Shown here one piece after another: positions 22,081-35,600 of a DNA stretch of 64,000 nucleotides. Position 1 is the first letter of the stretch. The number at the start of each line of letters is the position of its first letter. Location of the stretch: the NCBI GenBank assembly GCA_035221665.1, contig CM069160.1, positions 34,348,001-34,412,000 on the forward strand, written 5' to 3'. Made by a program: the position numbers and the translations under genes. The notes below the pieces were generated by a model that ran no database searches, had not been told where the DNA came from, and saw only the letters and a list, made by a program, of their open reading frames with translations. This DNA is from Okamejei kenojei. Its lineage: Eukaryota.

Positions 22081-23063
22081 TGACCAGACCACTACAGGAG
22101 CTGGGATTGTCGGACAAAACTATGGAAGTTATAGTCTCATCATGGCGAGATAGCAACACAAAAACAATATATAGACACATATTAAGAAATGGGAAGAATT
22201 TTGCACACAGTCAAATATTTCTTATGATACTGTAAATATTGCAAATGTTTTGGAATTCCTTGCAATTTGCATTTTGAGCAACATTTAAATGTTACAGTGC
22301 CATTAACACTGCACGCAGTGCCTTGTCGTCCTATTTAGGACTTATGACTGATCAGAAATCAATTGGGTCGCATCCATTAATATCTAGATTCATGAAAGGA
22401 ATCTTTAATATTAATCCACCCAAACCAAGATACACAGAGATTTGGGATGTGAGCATTGTACTTACTCTACTTAGACAATGGACTCCAATTGAAGGGTTGA
22501 CATTGGAAAGATTAACATTGAAATTAATTATGTTAATGTCACTGGTCTCAGCTCAAAGAGTGCAAACTTTACAAATGTTGCGTTTAGACTGTATGCATGT
22601 GACTACAGATAAATGTAATGTGTTCTATGTTTACGATCTGATCAAACAAAAGCAGACCAGGGAGATCTGGAACAAAGGTAACCTTTCAAGCTTATCATAT
22701 TGATCCTACTTTGTGTGTGGTTAGATCATTTGAACCAATATATTAAAGTTACTGACACTCTTCGAGGAAATGAAAAAAACGTTAATGGTTACGCACAAAA
22801 AACCCACACACCAAAAGCCTTCAGTTCAAAACTATCTCAAAATGGTTGAAACAGGTGTTGGTTTTAGCGGGAGTAGACACTGATGTGTTCAATCTCACTC
22901 CACCAGGGCGGCAGCTACGTCCGCGGCGAAGGGGCGGGACGTACCCCTCGAGCATATTTTAAAAGTCGCAGGGTGGAGTAAAGAAGAAACTTTTTCAAAG
23001 TTCTACAATAAACCTGTTCACACTATGACAAGCTTTGGACACACGGTGTTGGGAGCACTATAA
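22070..23063 (+). pseudogene. DIRS tyrosine recombinase
   Basis: SAINTARSALS; HPLISRFMKG..PPKPRY..WDV; SAQRV; HSTRAAATS..AGWS.EETFSKFYNKP. Confidence 0.88.
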
Positions 23064-25845
23064 ATCACCTGCTTTGTTTACTATTAATTGCTATAATCAG
23101 TTGTGTAGTCACTTATATCTTTTATTACTTGTAATCATTTCCCTCAGATATAAGGAGGGTATTATAATGGTCTTTTAAACCATTAAAAAAGTTAATTGTG
23201 AAAAGAACTAACATTAGTCTGGTTTCTCTATGTATGTGTTTACTTAGCCGGACTGTCGTACGGATTAATTCTACGACATAAAAACACAGAATGCTTTAAA
23301 ATCTTCACGTAGACACTCACGTGACTCCGAAGTAAAATAGTAAGATTAAAACGAGAACTTACCAGTTCGAAGTTTGATCGAGTTAATTTATGAGGAGTTA
23401 ACGGGATGAGGGATTACGTGCCCTCCACTCACTCACACTCCCTCCCTCATAAAATAAATGATCAAATGGTAGTTCTAAGTCTTTTTATGAGCCTTACTAT
23501 GTTACTCACCGGCTTTTTGGTGTTCTGTAGTTTTTCATGCCGCTGCTTTGAAGATATAGCCCGTTGCAGCGTGCGGCGGGTTCTTCACGTAATCCCTCAT
23601 CGTAACTCCTCCATAAAATAAACGAATCCGCCAAACTTCGAACTGGTAAGTTCTCTCGTTTAATCTTACTATTTATTACTGTGCATGTTAATAATAAAAA
23701 TATTGAATTTTTGGTTGAAGAATTTAGATAAACATCCAAACCAGTTTAAAAAATTGGAGAAAAGGAAGATTGTTCACCTTTCGAATGCTCGAATTGTTTG
23801 CCAATACTAAAAGTACGTAAGAAAATTTATAGAGGAATTCCAATAAATAAAAAGTGGGATAAGTTATCTGGAAACAATTAAAGAAAACATTAAAATTGGG
23901 AAGTATACCACTGGCTCTTCCCATTGTAAACATACATTACTTTTAAACCTTCAATGATGATAAAGGTTTTTTTTAAATGGAAGAACTATGGAAATTAATA
24001 AATGGGTGATCTCTACAGGGAAAGTCTCTTTCTTCATTTCATGAATTACAACAAAATTATTGATTACAACTCAAAAGAGTACTTTAGATATCTACAAAAA
24101 AGAGACTATATGTTAAATCAAACACACAGGATTTTAAGAAATAGAAGACATAAAATTTTAGATGAATGTCTAAATAAATATCCGAACACTAAGAAAAATT
24201 AATATCATATATATTATATAATAATTTATTGGAAAATGATGTAACAATGTCGTAAAAATAATGGCAAGTATGGGAAAATTTGAATTAGGCCAAACAATTA
24301 GTCCAGAAGTCTGAATTAAATTTACCACATATAACACTACTGCTCATAAATGCCAGACCTCAATTGACCCAATTTAAGTTTTACATAGATTATATTTTTC
24401 AAAATCCAAATAAAACAGAATGTTTTCAATGGTTAACTGCTATATGTGATAAATGTCAGCATTTAGAAGCTAATTTAAACGCACTCAATCACAAAATTAT
24501 AAAAATTACTAACTTTTTGGACAGAAAATTTTTAAGATAATCTCGAATGTAGTTAATACAAAACCTGACTCAGACCTCAAAAATTAATCATAGTAGGAAT
24601 ATTCGAAACGGACAATTACAAACAAAACAGCAAAAGATATTTAGTAACGCTTATAGATTCATAATTGGTAAAAATTATATTCAGATTTTGGAAATCCTAC
24701 ATCCACCCACAATCAAATGTGGATCACAAAATTGTCGGAGAACACAGCATCTGAAAGATTAAGACGTCGTTTTGGACAAACTAGAATCAACTCAGAGGAA
24801 TATGTACACCATTATTGAATATTTAAAGGTCAAGGTGGTCCGGTTCGTGGCCTTGAAACTGAAACCTGAAAATGAAGGAATAGATGAAGAACTATATACA
24901 AAATACCACTGAATTAAGTCTCCAATGAAGTATAGCCTGCTTAAATACTCCACTCATATTAATGACTTTCCTACTTTTTATTTATTTCTCTTTATTTATT
25001 TCTCTTTACTATCTTCTTACTGTTTATCAAATACTTTAAAAAGTAATAGAAGTAATAAAAAAGAATGTTTTGTAAACTCAAAAAATATTAAGAAATGTAT
25101 GGGACGAATAATATGTGCTCTTTTTTTTGATTTTATGTTATTCCCTTCTTAATAATGTAGTTTACTTCTAATAAAAATATTTTAACACAAAAAAAAATTT
25201 TACTTGTTTAATTTTTATGTGTCCATTGGAAACTATCAATATATGTCATGTTGTCAACTCTGGATGGAAATGGAACAGAAGCAAGCGGGCGGGGCAGATG
25301 CAGACTGGGGAGCTGGGGCTGGCCGATGTTTGCAGGGCTGCGAGTCACTTGCTACAGCTCCGGACAGCCTCCGGCAAGAGTCCCCGGGCCATTGGAGGCG
25401 TTGTGCAGCTGCCGTGAGAGATCTCTAGCCCCAATTCGCCTGGTGAACACGTCAATGGTCCAGGGCCTGTGGCTCTTCTTCCACCCTCGCTTCTCCCCAG
25501 TGCTTGGGACTTACTATCCACACCACTGTTGTCCTCCAGAGACCCAGCCGCACCTGGTCCATGCCGGTCAACCAGGGCAAATTTGGGAGCAGAGTCTCTC
25601 ACTGGCAGCGCACAATCTTCCGACGGACCTGAGACTTATGCACTGAGCTGGCTCCCATGGCCGAGCTGCCATCGTAGCTACTCACCAGTCCGACAAACAG
25701 TTTCATCAGCCCGTGGCTCCCCCTTCCGCATCTGACACCCCCGCCGCTGCTTCTGAATCCATTCCCACGTCCGCCCCCGGGCCTCCAACACCCCTGACCA
25801 GGTGCTCAGGAGCTACAGCAGCGTCTCGTAGTCCAAGGGGAGCCG

Positions 25846-26650
25846 GACAGGCAAAGAAAAGCTGTTTAATTTACATATAACATGCTTGTTAAGATGTCCT
25901 TAATCAAACAGTTCAATGTTGCAAAAAACGGTTGCTTTATTCCCCATATGAACCGGCAGTATTTTTCCTTGCCGATATGGGGTTTAAAATTCACTCGCAA
26001 CCGACAACGTTCCAATCCATCGGCATTCCAGAAAATCCCACTCGAAAGATGATTCAAATGGCCATTAATTTACGGGCAATTAAACACAAAATTCCTCATT
26101 TGGCCTAAAAATCATAACAAAGAGATTTTAAAAATCATGTTATCATTGGAATTTCTTGTGTGAATGTTAATTGACACTTAGGCTTTTTAAAAAAGTTAAT
26201 CTTTTTCATTAAGAAATGGATAATGTTAGAATCTAGAATTGAATTTTTGTAATTATCTACAATTGGGTAACTAACTAATTTATATGCTATAATTTCAGGT
26301 CATCCAAGAAAGATTGCTTTCATATTTTGTTTCCAGAAATAGCTTCAATCTAAATTAGAACAGGAAAAATGTATTTCAGGACTCGTAATTTAAAGAAATG
26401 ATATGGGCTTCTTTGACAGACCTCAGATCACGGGGGACAAACAAACCAACCTTTTGTGTTAAGCCAATGGAAAAAGCAATAGGGAACAAGATGCTAACTT
26501 TACCGAGAATGAAAAATTGGCCAAAACTTTTTAATAACTGAAAAATAAAGTGAATTAATGTGTCAAATTAACTTCTTTTTATGCTCATATTATCTGTCTA
26601 GGAAAATTGCAGACCATGATTTATAAAAAATCTCCAAATTTTTGTAACAA
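25846..26650 (+). mobile_element. Partial copy of the ~1 kb non-coding interspersed element found at 55236-56276
   Basis: Colinear similarity to 55520-56276, ending in TTTGTAACA. Confidence 0.8.
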
Positions 26651-27336
26651 AACTAACATATAGAACTCCAATACAATCTTCTCCCCATATCCCCTGACTC
26701 TGCTATTTACTCCTCTATACTTCCATAATACCCTATTTAGCTCTCTCTTGAAAGTATCCAAAGAACTGCCATCCACCGCCATCTGAGGCAGAGAATTCCA
26801 CAGAATTGATTTCTCTACTCACACCTAACCCTTCCATAATCGCTGACTCCATCTCCCATGATTCTCAGTCTGAAAGGATCTCGACCGGAAACGTCACCTG
26901 TAGCACATAGTGGCTAATCGGTGTAATGGACAAACCACGTCAAGGCCGGGTCAGTAACATGACAGGGTTGGTGCGCGGGGCCGGGTCTGTCATTGTAAAA
27001 CATAGAAAATACATCAAGAGGCCATTTCGGCCCTTCGAGCCGCACCTGCATTCAATGTACATCATGGCTGATCTGTCCCCAATCAATAACCCGGCCTACC
27101 TTATCCCCATATCACTTGAATTCCACTAGCTCCTAGAGCTCTATCTAAACTCCTTCAACAAATCCATCAGTGATTTTGGCCTCCACAGCCTCTGTGACAG
27201 GGAATCCAACCACAAATTTCAGCAACTCCTCTGGGTGAAAAAAGTTTTTTCTTCACCTCAGTCATTAAATTCCCTCAACTCCTTTTATTCTAATACTGTG
27301 GCCTCCTGTTCTGGACTCGCCCAACATTGAGGAACA

Positions 27337-28262
27337 TAGGGAGCTTGCCGGCAGTCGACCCAGACCCGTACTGTTGTTAAAGCCTGTGTAAAAAACCCGC
27401 AAATTGGTCAAACTTTTGCGCTGTAAATAATTATGGAAATCCGAAGAAGTCGTGAGAGACATTTAGCCTACGTCACAGAATTCCAAATGACGGTAGTAGA
27501 ATCGAGAGCTGAAGGGACAACAACCGCCAAATAGAGCTTTGGCGGACATCAACATAAGAGAGCATTATTTGTGGTTTTTTCTTGATTTCTCTGCATCTTA
27601 AAAGTACAGAGTGATAAATTTGGCTTGTAAAATTTTAAAATCGCCCATGCCGTCCTCAAGTGGTTTTTATGTTACAAAAAGAAAACATCTCTGAAGCAAA
27701 ATTAACAGCCAGATTATCACTTCTGCGACTTTTTAGATACCACAGGAATCACAATAAAAACCTCAAATAATGCCTTCCTGTTTTTGTTTTTTTGAAAAAA
27801 AAAAAAATTTTTGAAATGCAGCGAGCAACACGCGATCATAATCCCAATATTTTCAATTCCGATATCTGCACGCCAAAGTTCACCAAACCACTTTATCTGT
27901 TGTTGGTCGCTTCTCACACTCGTCTCACTTAAACCTACATTTCGCTTCACTTTTGGAATTCGTGAAGTTGGGTACATGTCTCTCACGCTTACCCCGACTT
28001 CCACAATTTTTTACAGCCCAAAAATCCAATATTTTCGCGGTTTTTAACAGGTAAGAAAGTTAAAACAGTTGAATCTTGTATTCAGCATTGTTTTGCCAAT
28101 AATTTTCCTCCTGTCCTATTCGACACGTAAAGCAGAGATTTCTGTAAATTCACTTTGTACATATTAACAACATATACCGGAAGCTGCGATGTCCTCCAGA
28201 TGAATTGAGCGGCTCCATGCGTCAAGCCCTATGACCCAGTGACCTTACGTGCAACCCCCCTA
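27337..28262. mobile_element. Non-autonomous DNA-transposon-like (MITE) insertion with TAG..CTA termini
   Basis: TAGGGAGCTTGC ... GCAACCCCCCTA imperfect TIR. It cleanly interrupts the CR1 sequence GGAACA|TTTTTTCCTGC. Confidence 0.6.
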
Positions 28263-28602
28263 TTTTTTCCTGCATCTAGCTTGTTCCACTCCTATTATAA
28301 TTATTATATGTTTCTAAAAGAACCACACTCATACATCTAAACTTCCTGAATACAAGCAGCCCAGTCTTTGTCATCTTCCTCATATGGACAGTCCCGCCAT
28401 CCAGGGATCAAATATCACGTGAACCACGCTGCACAGCCTCAATCACAAGGATGTCCTTCCTCAAATTAGGAGATCAAAACTGTACACAATACTCCAGATG
28501 TGGTCTCACCAGAGCCCTATACAACTGCAGAAGAACCTCTTTACTCGTATACTGAAATCCTCTTGTTATGAAGGCCAACATTCCATTAGCTTTCTTCACT
28601 GC

Positions 28603-29031
28603 CTGGGGCCCTTTGCCGAGGGCCTCCAGCATTGCATCTCCACCCGGTGCGGCCTGCGGACTTTGGGAGCCGCGGAATCTGGTAGGAGGGGGCCGACTCG
28701 AGGTCCAGGCCGCTGAGGACATCCCCCAGCCCCGACGTCGGACTTGCATCACCCCGGCGAGCGGGCCTGAACATCGGGCCACCCGTAGCGGTGACTTCGG
28801 AGGGCTCCGGTAGCCCCGACACCCGCGGAACATGGAACATCAGGGGAAGAGACTGACTTTGGTGCCTTCCCTCACAGTGGGAAACTTTGATCCTGTGGTG
28901 GGGATGTTTTATGTTGAATTTCTATCTACTCCATGTTGTGTTCTTTATTTTTTACTGTATGGCTGCATGGTGGTTTCATTTCACTGTGCCAATTGGCACA
29001 CGTGACAAATAAATGTATCTGTATCTGTATC
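28603..29031 (+). mobile_element. SINE-like retroposed insertion with a (GTATCT)n tail
   Basis: GC-rich body; 3' TTTCACTGTGCC..GTGACAAATAAA and a GTATCT repeat tail; interrupts CR1. Confidence 0.55.
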
Positions 29032-29259
29032 TATATTATACTGCATGTGCCACACATCTGCCCACTCACTCAACCTGTCCAGGTCACCCTGCAACCTCCT
29101 AACATCCTCTTCACAGTTCACACTGCATCCCAGCTTAGTGTCATCCGCAAACTTGCTAGTATTGCTCAGAATTCCCTCTTCCAAATCATTAATATATATG
29201 TAAACAGTTGCGGTCCCAACACCCGCGCCTTGCGGCACTTCTACTCGCTCACTTGCCTG

Positions 29260-29470
29260 TCCACGTGACAGGTTGGTGCCGGGCCGGGTGGTGTCACGTG
29301 ACAGGGTTGTGCGCGGGGCCGGTGTGACCACGTGACAGGTTTGTGCGCGGGGCCGGGTTTTGTCACGTGACAGGTTGGTGCGCCGGGGCCGTGTGTGTCA
29401 CTACAGGGTTTGGTGCGAGGGGCGGTGTGTCGACGTGACAGGGTTGGGTGCACGGGGCCGTGTGTTGACC
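29260..29470. repeat. ~30-bp GC-rich minisatellite (CACGTGACAGGGTTGGTGCGCGGGGCCGG)n
   Basis: About 6 degenerate units; a related unit occurs at 26935-26990. Confidence 0.8.
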
Positions 29471-29884
29471 GGTTGAAAACGGTTTCCATGGAGCAGCCTC
29501 ATGCACGAGTCCCTGCCGACGAGACGTTGCGCCGCTGCCAAGTGAGAGTCTCTGCGCCCAATTAGCTCTGGTGACCGGCATGGACAGGCTGCGGGCACGG
29601 TGTAACAATCCTGGAGGATCAACCAGTGGCACAGCTGGGGTGGGGGGGTAGGGGTTAGGGGGGGGGGCGGCGTGGGGGGGGGGGGGGGGGGGGATAGGTC
29701 GACTGGGTGGTGTAGGGGGCGGGGGGGCGGGTGGGGTGGGAGGGAGGGGATAGTGACCGGGGGGTTCATGATGGGGGGAGGGGGGGTGTGGGGTGGAGGA
29801 GGGGTGGGGGAATAAAAGGGGTGGGGGGGGGCCGCGGCCCAAGTTATTGTATGTGTATAATGGTAGACCGATAATCTATATAAG

Positions 29885-31780
29885 CGTGTGTGTGTGTTGT
29901 TTGTCAGGGTCTGTGTGTGTGTTGTGTGTCTTGAGTGTGTGTGGTGGTGTAGTTGTGTGGTGCGAGTGTGTGTGTGCGAGTGTGGTGCGTGAGTTTGTCG
30001 TGTGCTGAGTAATTGCGAGTGAGTGTGGTGTGCGAGTATGTGTGTGTGTGTGTGTTGCCTAAGTGTGTGTGTGTGTGATGTCTGTGTCCGTGTGGTGTGT
30101 GTGAGTGCTGTGTGGAGTGCGTGTGTGTGAAGTGCTGTGTGTGAGTGCGTGTTGTGAGTGCGGTGTGTGAGTGCGGGTTGGTGAGTGAGTGTGTGTGAGT
30201 GAGTGTGTGTATTTGAGAGTGAGTTTTGTGTGTGAGTGTGTGGGTGAGTGAGTGTGTGTGTGAGTGTGTGTGTGATTGTGTTAGTGTGTGTGATGTGGTG
30301 TGTGAGTTGTTGTGAGATAAAGCGTGGTGAGCGAGTATGGTGTGTGTGTGATTGTGTTAGTGTGCATGTGTGTGATTGTGTTTATTGTGTTGAGTGTGAT
30401 CGTGTTAGTGTGAGTGAGTGTGTGTGTGAGTGTGTGTGCAAGTGTGTGTGTGTGATTGTGTTAGTGTGTTTGTGAGTGTGATTGTGTAGTGTAGTGAGTG
30501 TGAGAGTGAGTGTTGAAGTGGTGTGTGTGAGTGAGAATGTGAGTGTGTGAGTGTCTATCTAGCGTTTGTGAGAAGTGGGTGTGAGTGTGATTGTGTTAGC
30601 GTGAGTGTGATTGTGTTAGTTGAGTGTGTGTGTATTGTGTTTAGTGTGTGTGTGAGTGTGATTTTGGTTAGTGGTGAGTGAGAGTGTGTGTGTGAGAGTG
30701 TGTGTGAGAGAGGTTTAGAGAGAGTAGTGTAGTGAGTGTGAGTGTGTGAGAGTGTGTGTGAGAGTGTGTGTGTGAGAGTGTGGGTGTGATTGAGTGTGTG
30801 TGTGTGTGTGTGTGAGTGGTGTGGGAGTGGTGTGAGTGTGGTGGTGAGTGTGTGTGTGAGTGTGTGAAGTGTGTGAGTGTGTGTGTGTGAGGTGTGGATT
30901 GGTTAAGTTTTGGGTCGATTTGTGTTGTTTGGTGAGTGAGTGTGTGTGTGTGTGAAGGTGTGTGTGTGTGAGTGTTGTGTGAGTGAGTGTGGTGAATGTG
31001 AGTGTGTTCTGTGTGTTTGTGAGTGTGTGTGGTGTGTGATTGTGTTAGTTGTGTGTGAGTTTGATTGTGAGTGTGAGTGGGAGTGTGCCGTGATGTGGTG
31101 AGAGTGTTGGTGAGTGTGTGTGTGTGAGTGTGTGAGTGAGTGTGTGAGAGTGGTTGAGAGTGTGTGATGTGTGGAGTGAGTGAGTGTGGGTGTGTGAGTG
31201 TGTGAGTGAGTGTGTGAGAGTGGTGTGAGTGTGTGTGAGTGAGTTGAGTGAGTGAGTGAGAGTGTGAGAGTGTGAGAGTTAGTCTGTGAGTGTGTGAGTG
31301 AGTTTGTGTTGTGAGTGAGAGATTGAGAGTGTGTGAGTTTGAGATGAAGTGATTGAGTGAGTGTGAGAGTGTGTGTGAGTGTGTTTGTGTGAGAGGTGTG
31401 AGTGAGTGTGTGAGTGTGTGTGAATTAGAGAGAGAGTGTGTGTGCGTGTGATATCTAGAGATGTGTGTGCGTTGTGTGAGAGATGTGAGAGAGAATGTGG
31501 ATAGAGAGATAGATCGAGTTAGTGCGTGGTGTGCGAGAGTGTGAGTGAGTGAGTGTGATGATTGGTGAGTGAGAGTGATTGTATGAGAGAGAGTGAGTGA
31601 GTGATAGAGCGTTGAAGTGTGTGTGATGGTAAGAAGATTGTGGTTGTGTGTGATTGTGAGCGTGTGTGGTTGAGTGTGATGGAAGTTAGTGATGAGAGAT
31701 AAGTGAGCGTGTGTGTGTGTGTGAGTGTGGTGATGTGTGTGTGTGTGCGTGTGAGCGTAGTGTGTGTGAGTGTGAGATGA
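29885..31780. repeat. (TG)n/(GAGT)n low-complexity tract
   Basis: Direct inspection. Confidence 0.95.
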
Positions 31781-31929
31781 GTGGGGCTGAGGAGCGCTAT
31801 GCAAGGCAACACAGGGTGTTCGGCTGCAACTCCTCGCGTGGACCGGGCGTTATCTGGGCCCGAGCGTCCACGTGGTCATGGTGCGGCTGTTGAATTCAAA
31901 TGGATGCGGTTGTAGCCGGGGACGGACAA

Positions 31930-32107
31930 GTGAAGCGACCGTGAGGCTGAAGCCGTGTGGAGGGACAGTAAGTGACCGTGAGGGCTGATGCCGTGTGTGG
32001 GGGACAGTAGCGCCATCGTGAGGCGATGCCGTGTGTGGGGAACAGAATGTGACCGTGAGGCAGATGCCGGTTTGGGACAGTAGTGACCGGGAGGACAGAA
32101 GTGGGGG
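31930..32107. repeat. Minisatellite (GTGACCGTGAGGCTGATGCCGTGTGTGGGGACAGTA)n running into the gap
   Basis: About 5 degenerate units. Confidence 0.75.
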
Positions 32108-32607
32108 NNNNNNNNNNNNNNNNNNNNNNNNNNNNNNNNNNNNNNNNNNNNNNNNNNNNNNNNNNNNNNNNNNNNNNNNNNNNNNNNNNNNNNNNNNNNN
32201 NNNNNNNNNNNNNNNNNNNNNNNNNNNNNNNNNNNNNNNNNNNNNNNNNNNNNNNNNNNNNNNNNNNNNNNNNNNNNNNNNNNNNNNNNNNNNNNNNNNN
32301 NNNNNNNNNNNNNNNNNNNNNNNNNNNNNNNNNNNNNNNNNNNNNNNNNNNNNNNNNNNNNNNNNNNNNNNNNNNNNNNNNNNNNNNNNNNNNNNNNNNN
32401 NNNNNNNNNNNNNNNNNNNNNNNNNNNNNNNNNNNNNNNNNNNNNNNNNNNNNNNNNNNNNNNNNNNNNNNNNNNNNNNNNNNNNNNNNNNNNNNNNNNN
32501 NNNNNNNNNNNNNNNNNNNNNNNNNNNNNNNNNNNNNNNNNNNNNNNNNNNNNNNNNNNNNNNNNNNNNNNNNNNNNNNNNNNNNNNNNNNNNNNNNNNN
32601 NNNNNNN
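32108..32607. other. Assembly gap (500 N); further gaps at 46133-46289 and 46514-46736
   Basis: N runs. Confidence 1.
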
Positions 32608-35600
32608 CAGATTAAGTTGCTGAATAGAATCCACGACTTAACAGCAAATTAGTGAGGAAGAGAGATTCAACAATTGAAAAGAAGAGTAATTGCGGGAGAA
32701 TAATCATTTTAATGCTTTTATTCTACCTATCATTGGATAGTAATGTTCCAATATACAAGGTTCTATTTAATCTTATCCATAAAAGTAAAAAGTTGGATTT
32801 AAAATAAAAATCAAATCTTTTTATTACTGATTTACAATATTTTTGATTTTTCGTTTGCTATCTTAAAAGAAATTGTTGTGGTGAGTGAAAGTTTATTTTC
32901 TATTATTGGTTGGCATGTTCACTTTTTATTCAATTAATCTACTTTCTCCTAGAAAATACACCAAATTCAGATATTAATTTTAGTAAATTTGGTATACTAA
33001 TTTCCGGCTTGTATATAAAGTAATCACATCATCCCCATAGAAAGAATATTATTTTCAGTATCCTCTGTGCCATATCCATATATTTCTAGATGAACACACC
33101 CGTTTGCGCTAAAGTTCTATTACAAGTGCTAACAAGTGGATAAGAACCATAAAAAAATCCCCCATTGGTCTGCACCTCGGAATAGATAAAATTTAGTTCA
33201 ATACATTTAGTTGTTGATTATTCATGGCTGCGTTGATAAGTGTAGAATAATTAAAACCCCAAGTAAAACTTCTCTCCAACTTAAAGCTTTCCTACCAAAC
33301 AAATAAACCAATCCACACTGTCAAGGCTTTTCATTCTCCCGCATCCAACTAAATAATCTTTCATAGGCTCTTTATTGGTATCCTCTTTTTAGTGAATATA
33401 TAAAATTGTATAATGACTCTCAAGTTAATGAAATTTCTTTGGTATAAATCCCTGTTTGATCGGGGTGAATTAATTATATTAATAACTGTGTTTAGTCGTT
33501 GTGCTAATATTTTGGTTATATCGTTGTGCATATTTAAATGACTATGAGCTCCTATATATCCAGTTCATCCCATGCTTTGTTTATTTTAGCGTAAAATATG
33601 TTATAATAGATTCAGTTAACGTTTTCCATGGTATTTTCCTGTGAGTATAATGTTATTCATAGAGTCTTCCTCACACGTGGATCAATAAATCAAAACTGTT
33701 TTATAAAATTCCGACCATATCATCTGGACCCTGGTGTTGTACTGTTTTTCTATGATCTGAAAGATCTCGATTCGTTTACTGGAAATGTCAGCATATAATG
33801 ATTCTCTAATTTTGTAATACAACTCATTCGATTACATTTTTTTAAATGCTCTATGTCCTATCTTGTTTTCGTCGGTTTTAGCGAATTATAAATTTCTTTT
33901 GAAGATGGCATTATATATCGCATTACTATCTTAGTTGTACTAATGGTTTGCATTATATGATTAATCCTATGGATATTTTCTCTCCATCTTCTAATTAGCA
34001 CAGCCAATAATATATTGAGGTTTATCCTCCAAATTCATATTGTAATTGTTAGTCTATTGGTAAAGTTTACAATTTGAACTGAGTATTTAATTTAATTGGA
34101 AGAATTTCATGGCACCATTTTATTATTTTGTTATGGATGGATAACACGTTCTCTGTGTCAATTGGTTTAATCTTCTTTCCAATTCTTGTTTGTTCCCTCC
34201 CGATTCTTTTAATTTTAAAATAAATCTTGAGAAGAAATCAGAATATACGGGCAGTATGCTTTAAAAGTTTCCCATAATAGGAAGAGGAATATTTTCCGGT
34301 TAATCATTTAGTTCAAAGAAAAGATGATCTGTTCTATAATATAGCCTGCTTGCTTGTTTGGTGTTTTAAATTGTATTAAAAGCATTTGTCCCCGTGTTTT
34401 GTTTTTTTCCGTTGAACCATGTATTTTAATCATAAATGTTAAAGTGCATTATCTGAATTATAAGATTATTGGAATTTTGAATTGTAAGTAAGTGAATAAG
34501 TTTAGCGTCAACCAAAAAATAATCTATGCTTGAAGAGGTTTTATGATAGTGAAAAAATATGAATATCTCGCCATGGATGGGTTTCTACTCCCAAACATCG
34601 TTAAGACAGTATGCCAAGATCAGTAAAAACTCACGGGAAAGGAATTTGGTTTTCAGTTGTCTTCTGGATCTGTCGTAAATAGATTCGATATAATTTAAAT
34701 CTCCCCAATTATCTAAGTAGTTTGCATTTCCCTTGTTTTAAAAAGTATTTTCTAAAAGACATGGACTATCAAAGTTTGGTCATATACATTGACAAGGACA
34801 GGGTTGTGCAGTAATTCTCATATTCTTAATGTACGCCAATCATTATAAGTATAGTTACGGAATTTGGAAGAAATGCCTTTACGAAATATATGGCTGAAAC
34901 CCCGTCTGTTTTTGTGTTAAGATGAATGACACGTTTTATCTACCATTTATGCTTTCAGCCTAGGCTCCAGTTTTTTTATACGTTCCTTGAATAAAAATCA
35001 CATCACTTTTAATTCTTTTAAATTTCAATACTTTACCTCGCTTGTTTTTCATTATACCTTTAACGTTCCAGCCTACAAAACGTATTCCTTCTTTCCCCAT
35101 AATTCAGTTTTAAAAATCTAGCAGCTGTTTGTACTATGGTCTATAAAAGCCATGTTCAGTTCGAACAACCTACTTTACACAACACCAACATCTCCAAATC
35201 ATATCAATTTTAAGAACCTTGAAGAGTATCGCATTTGTAGACTACGTTGATCCAATTTGTAACTCCATAAAAAACTGAAATTAATAAGTATAGTTGATTA
35301 TCAAAAAAAAAAGATAGATTAAGAAATTACGATCATTGTGCACAACAGCTAAGAAAAAACTACACTATATTTAATGTAGTTTTATCTCAGCATACTGAGC
35401 ATGCTAACCATCTACTGAACTTTCCGTATTGATTGCAGCCCCTTATTTCTTGAATTGTTTATTCCATAGCAATATTTTAACCCGCGTTATTAAATTTAAA
35501 TTATTCGGAATCCAAACGTCGAAAATGTGAGGATACAACCATGAAAACTTTTTAAAATGTAGATTAACAAAATAAAAATTAAAAAAACAAAAGAAAGAAA

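Larger units (their letters stand above)
18538..23674 (+). mobile_element. DIRS1-like tyrosine-recombinase retrotransposon inserted in L1-A
   Basis: Left end 18538-18573 is complementary to ICR 23302-23337; ICR 23338-23420 is complementary to the right end ~23586-23674. ITR 18565-18595 / 23561-23591. T-run at both junctions, no TSD. Gag, RT/RH, MT and YR coding remnants. Confidence 0.93.
1..25197 (+). mobile_element. L1-clade LINE (L1-A), ORF2 3' portion, split into three pieces (1-1116, 18334-18540, ~23675-25197) by L1-B and DIRS insertions
   Basis: L1 ORF2 motifs: [74 protein letters not shown]. The coding sequence resumes after each insertion. AATAAA at 25170 and A-tail at 25189-25197. 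Confidence 0.9.
27000..29245 (-). mobile_element. CR1 LINE 3' fragment interrupted by two insertions (27337-28262 and ~28603-29031)
   Basis: Minus-strand SKFADDTKLG, KKANGMLAFI, LYRALVRPHLEYCVQF and the CR1 3' UTR. Confidence 0.8.

Noticed and set aside
25204-25860. GC-rich segment with several overlapping short ORFs
   Set aside because: No recognisable domain or splice pattern; probably a decayed repeat, left unassigned.
30668-31812. 378-aa His/Thr-rich ORF and similar ORFs at 41.7-43.7 kb and 45.8-46.9 kb
   Set aside because: Translations of (CA)n/(TC)n microsatellites or of N gaps; no coding signal.
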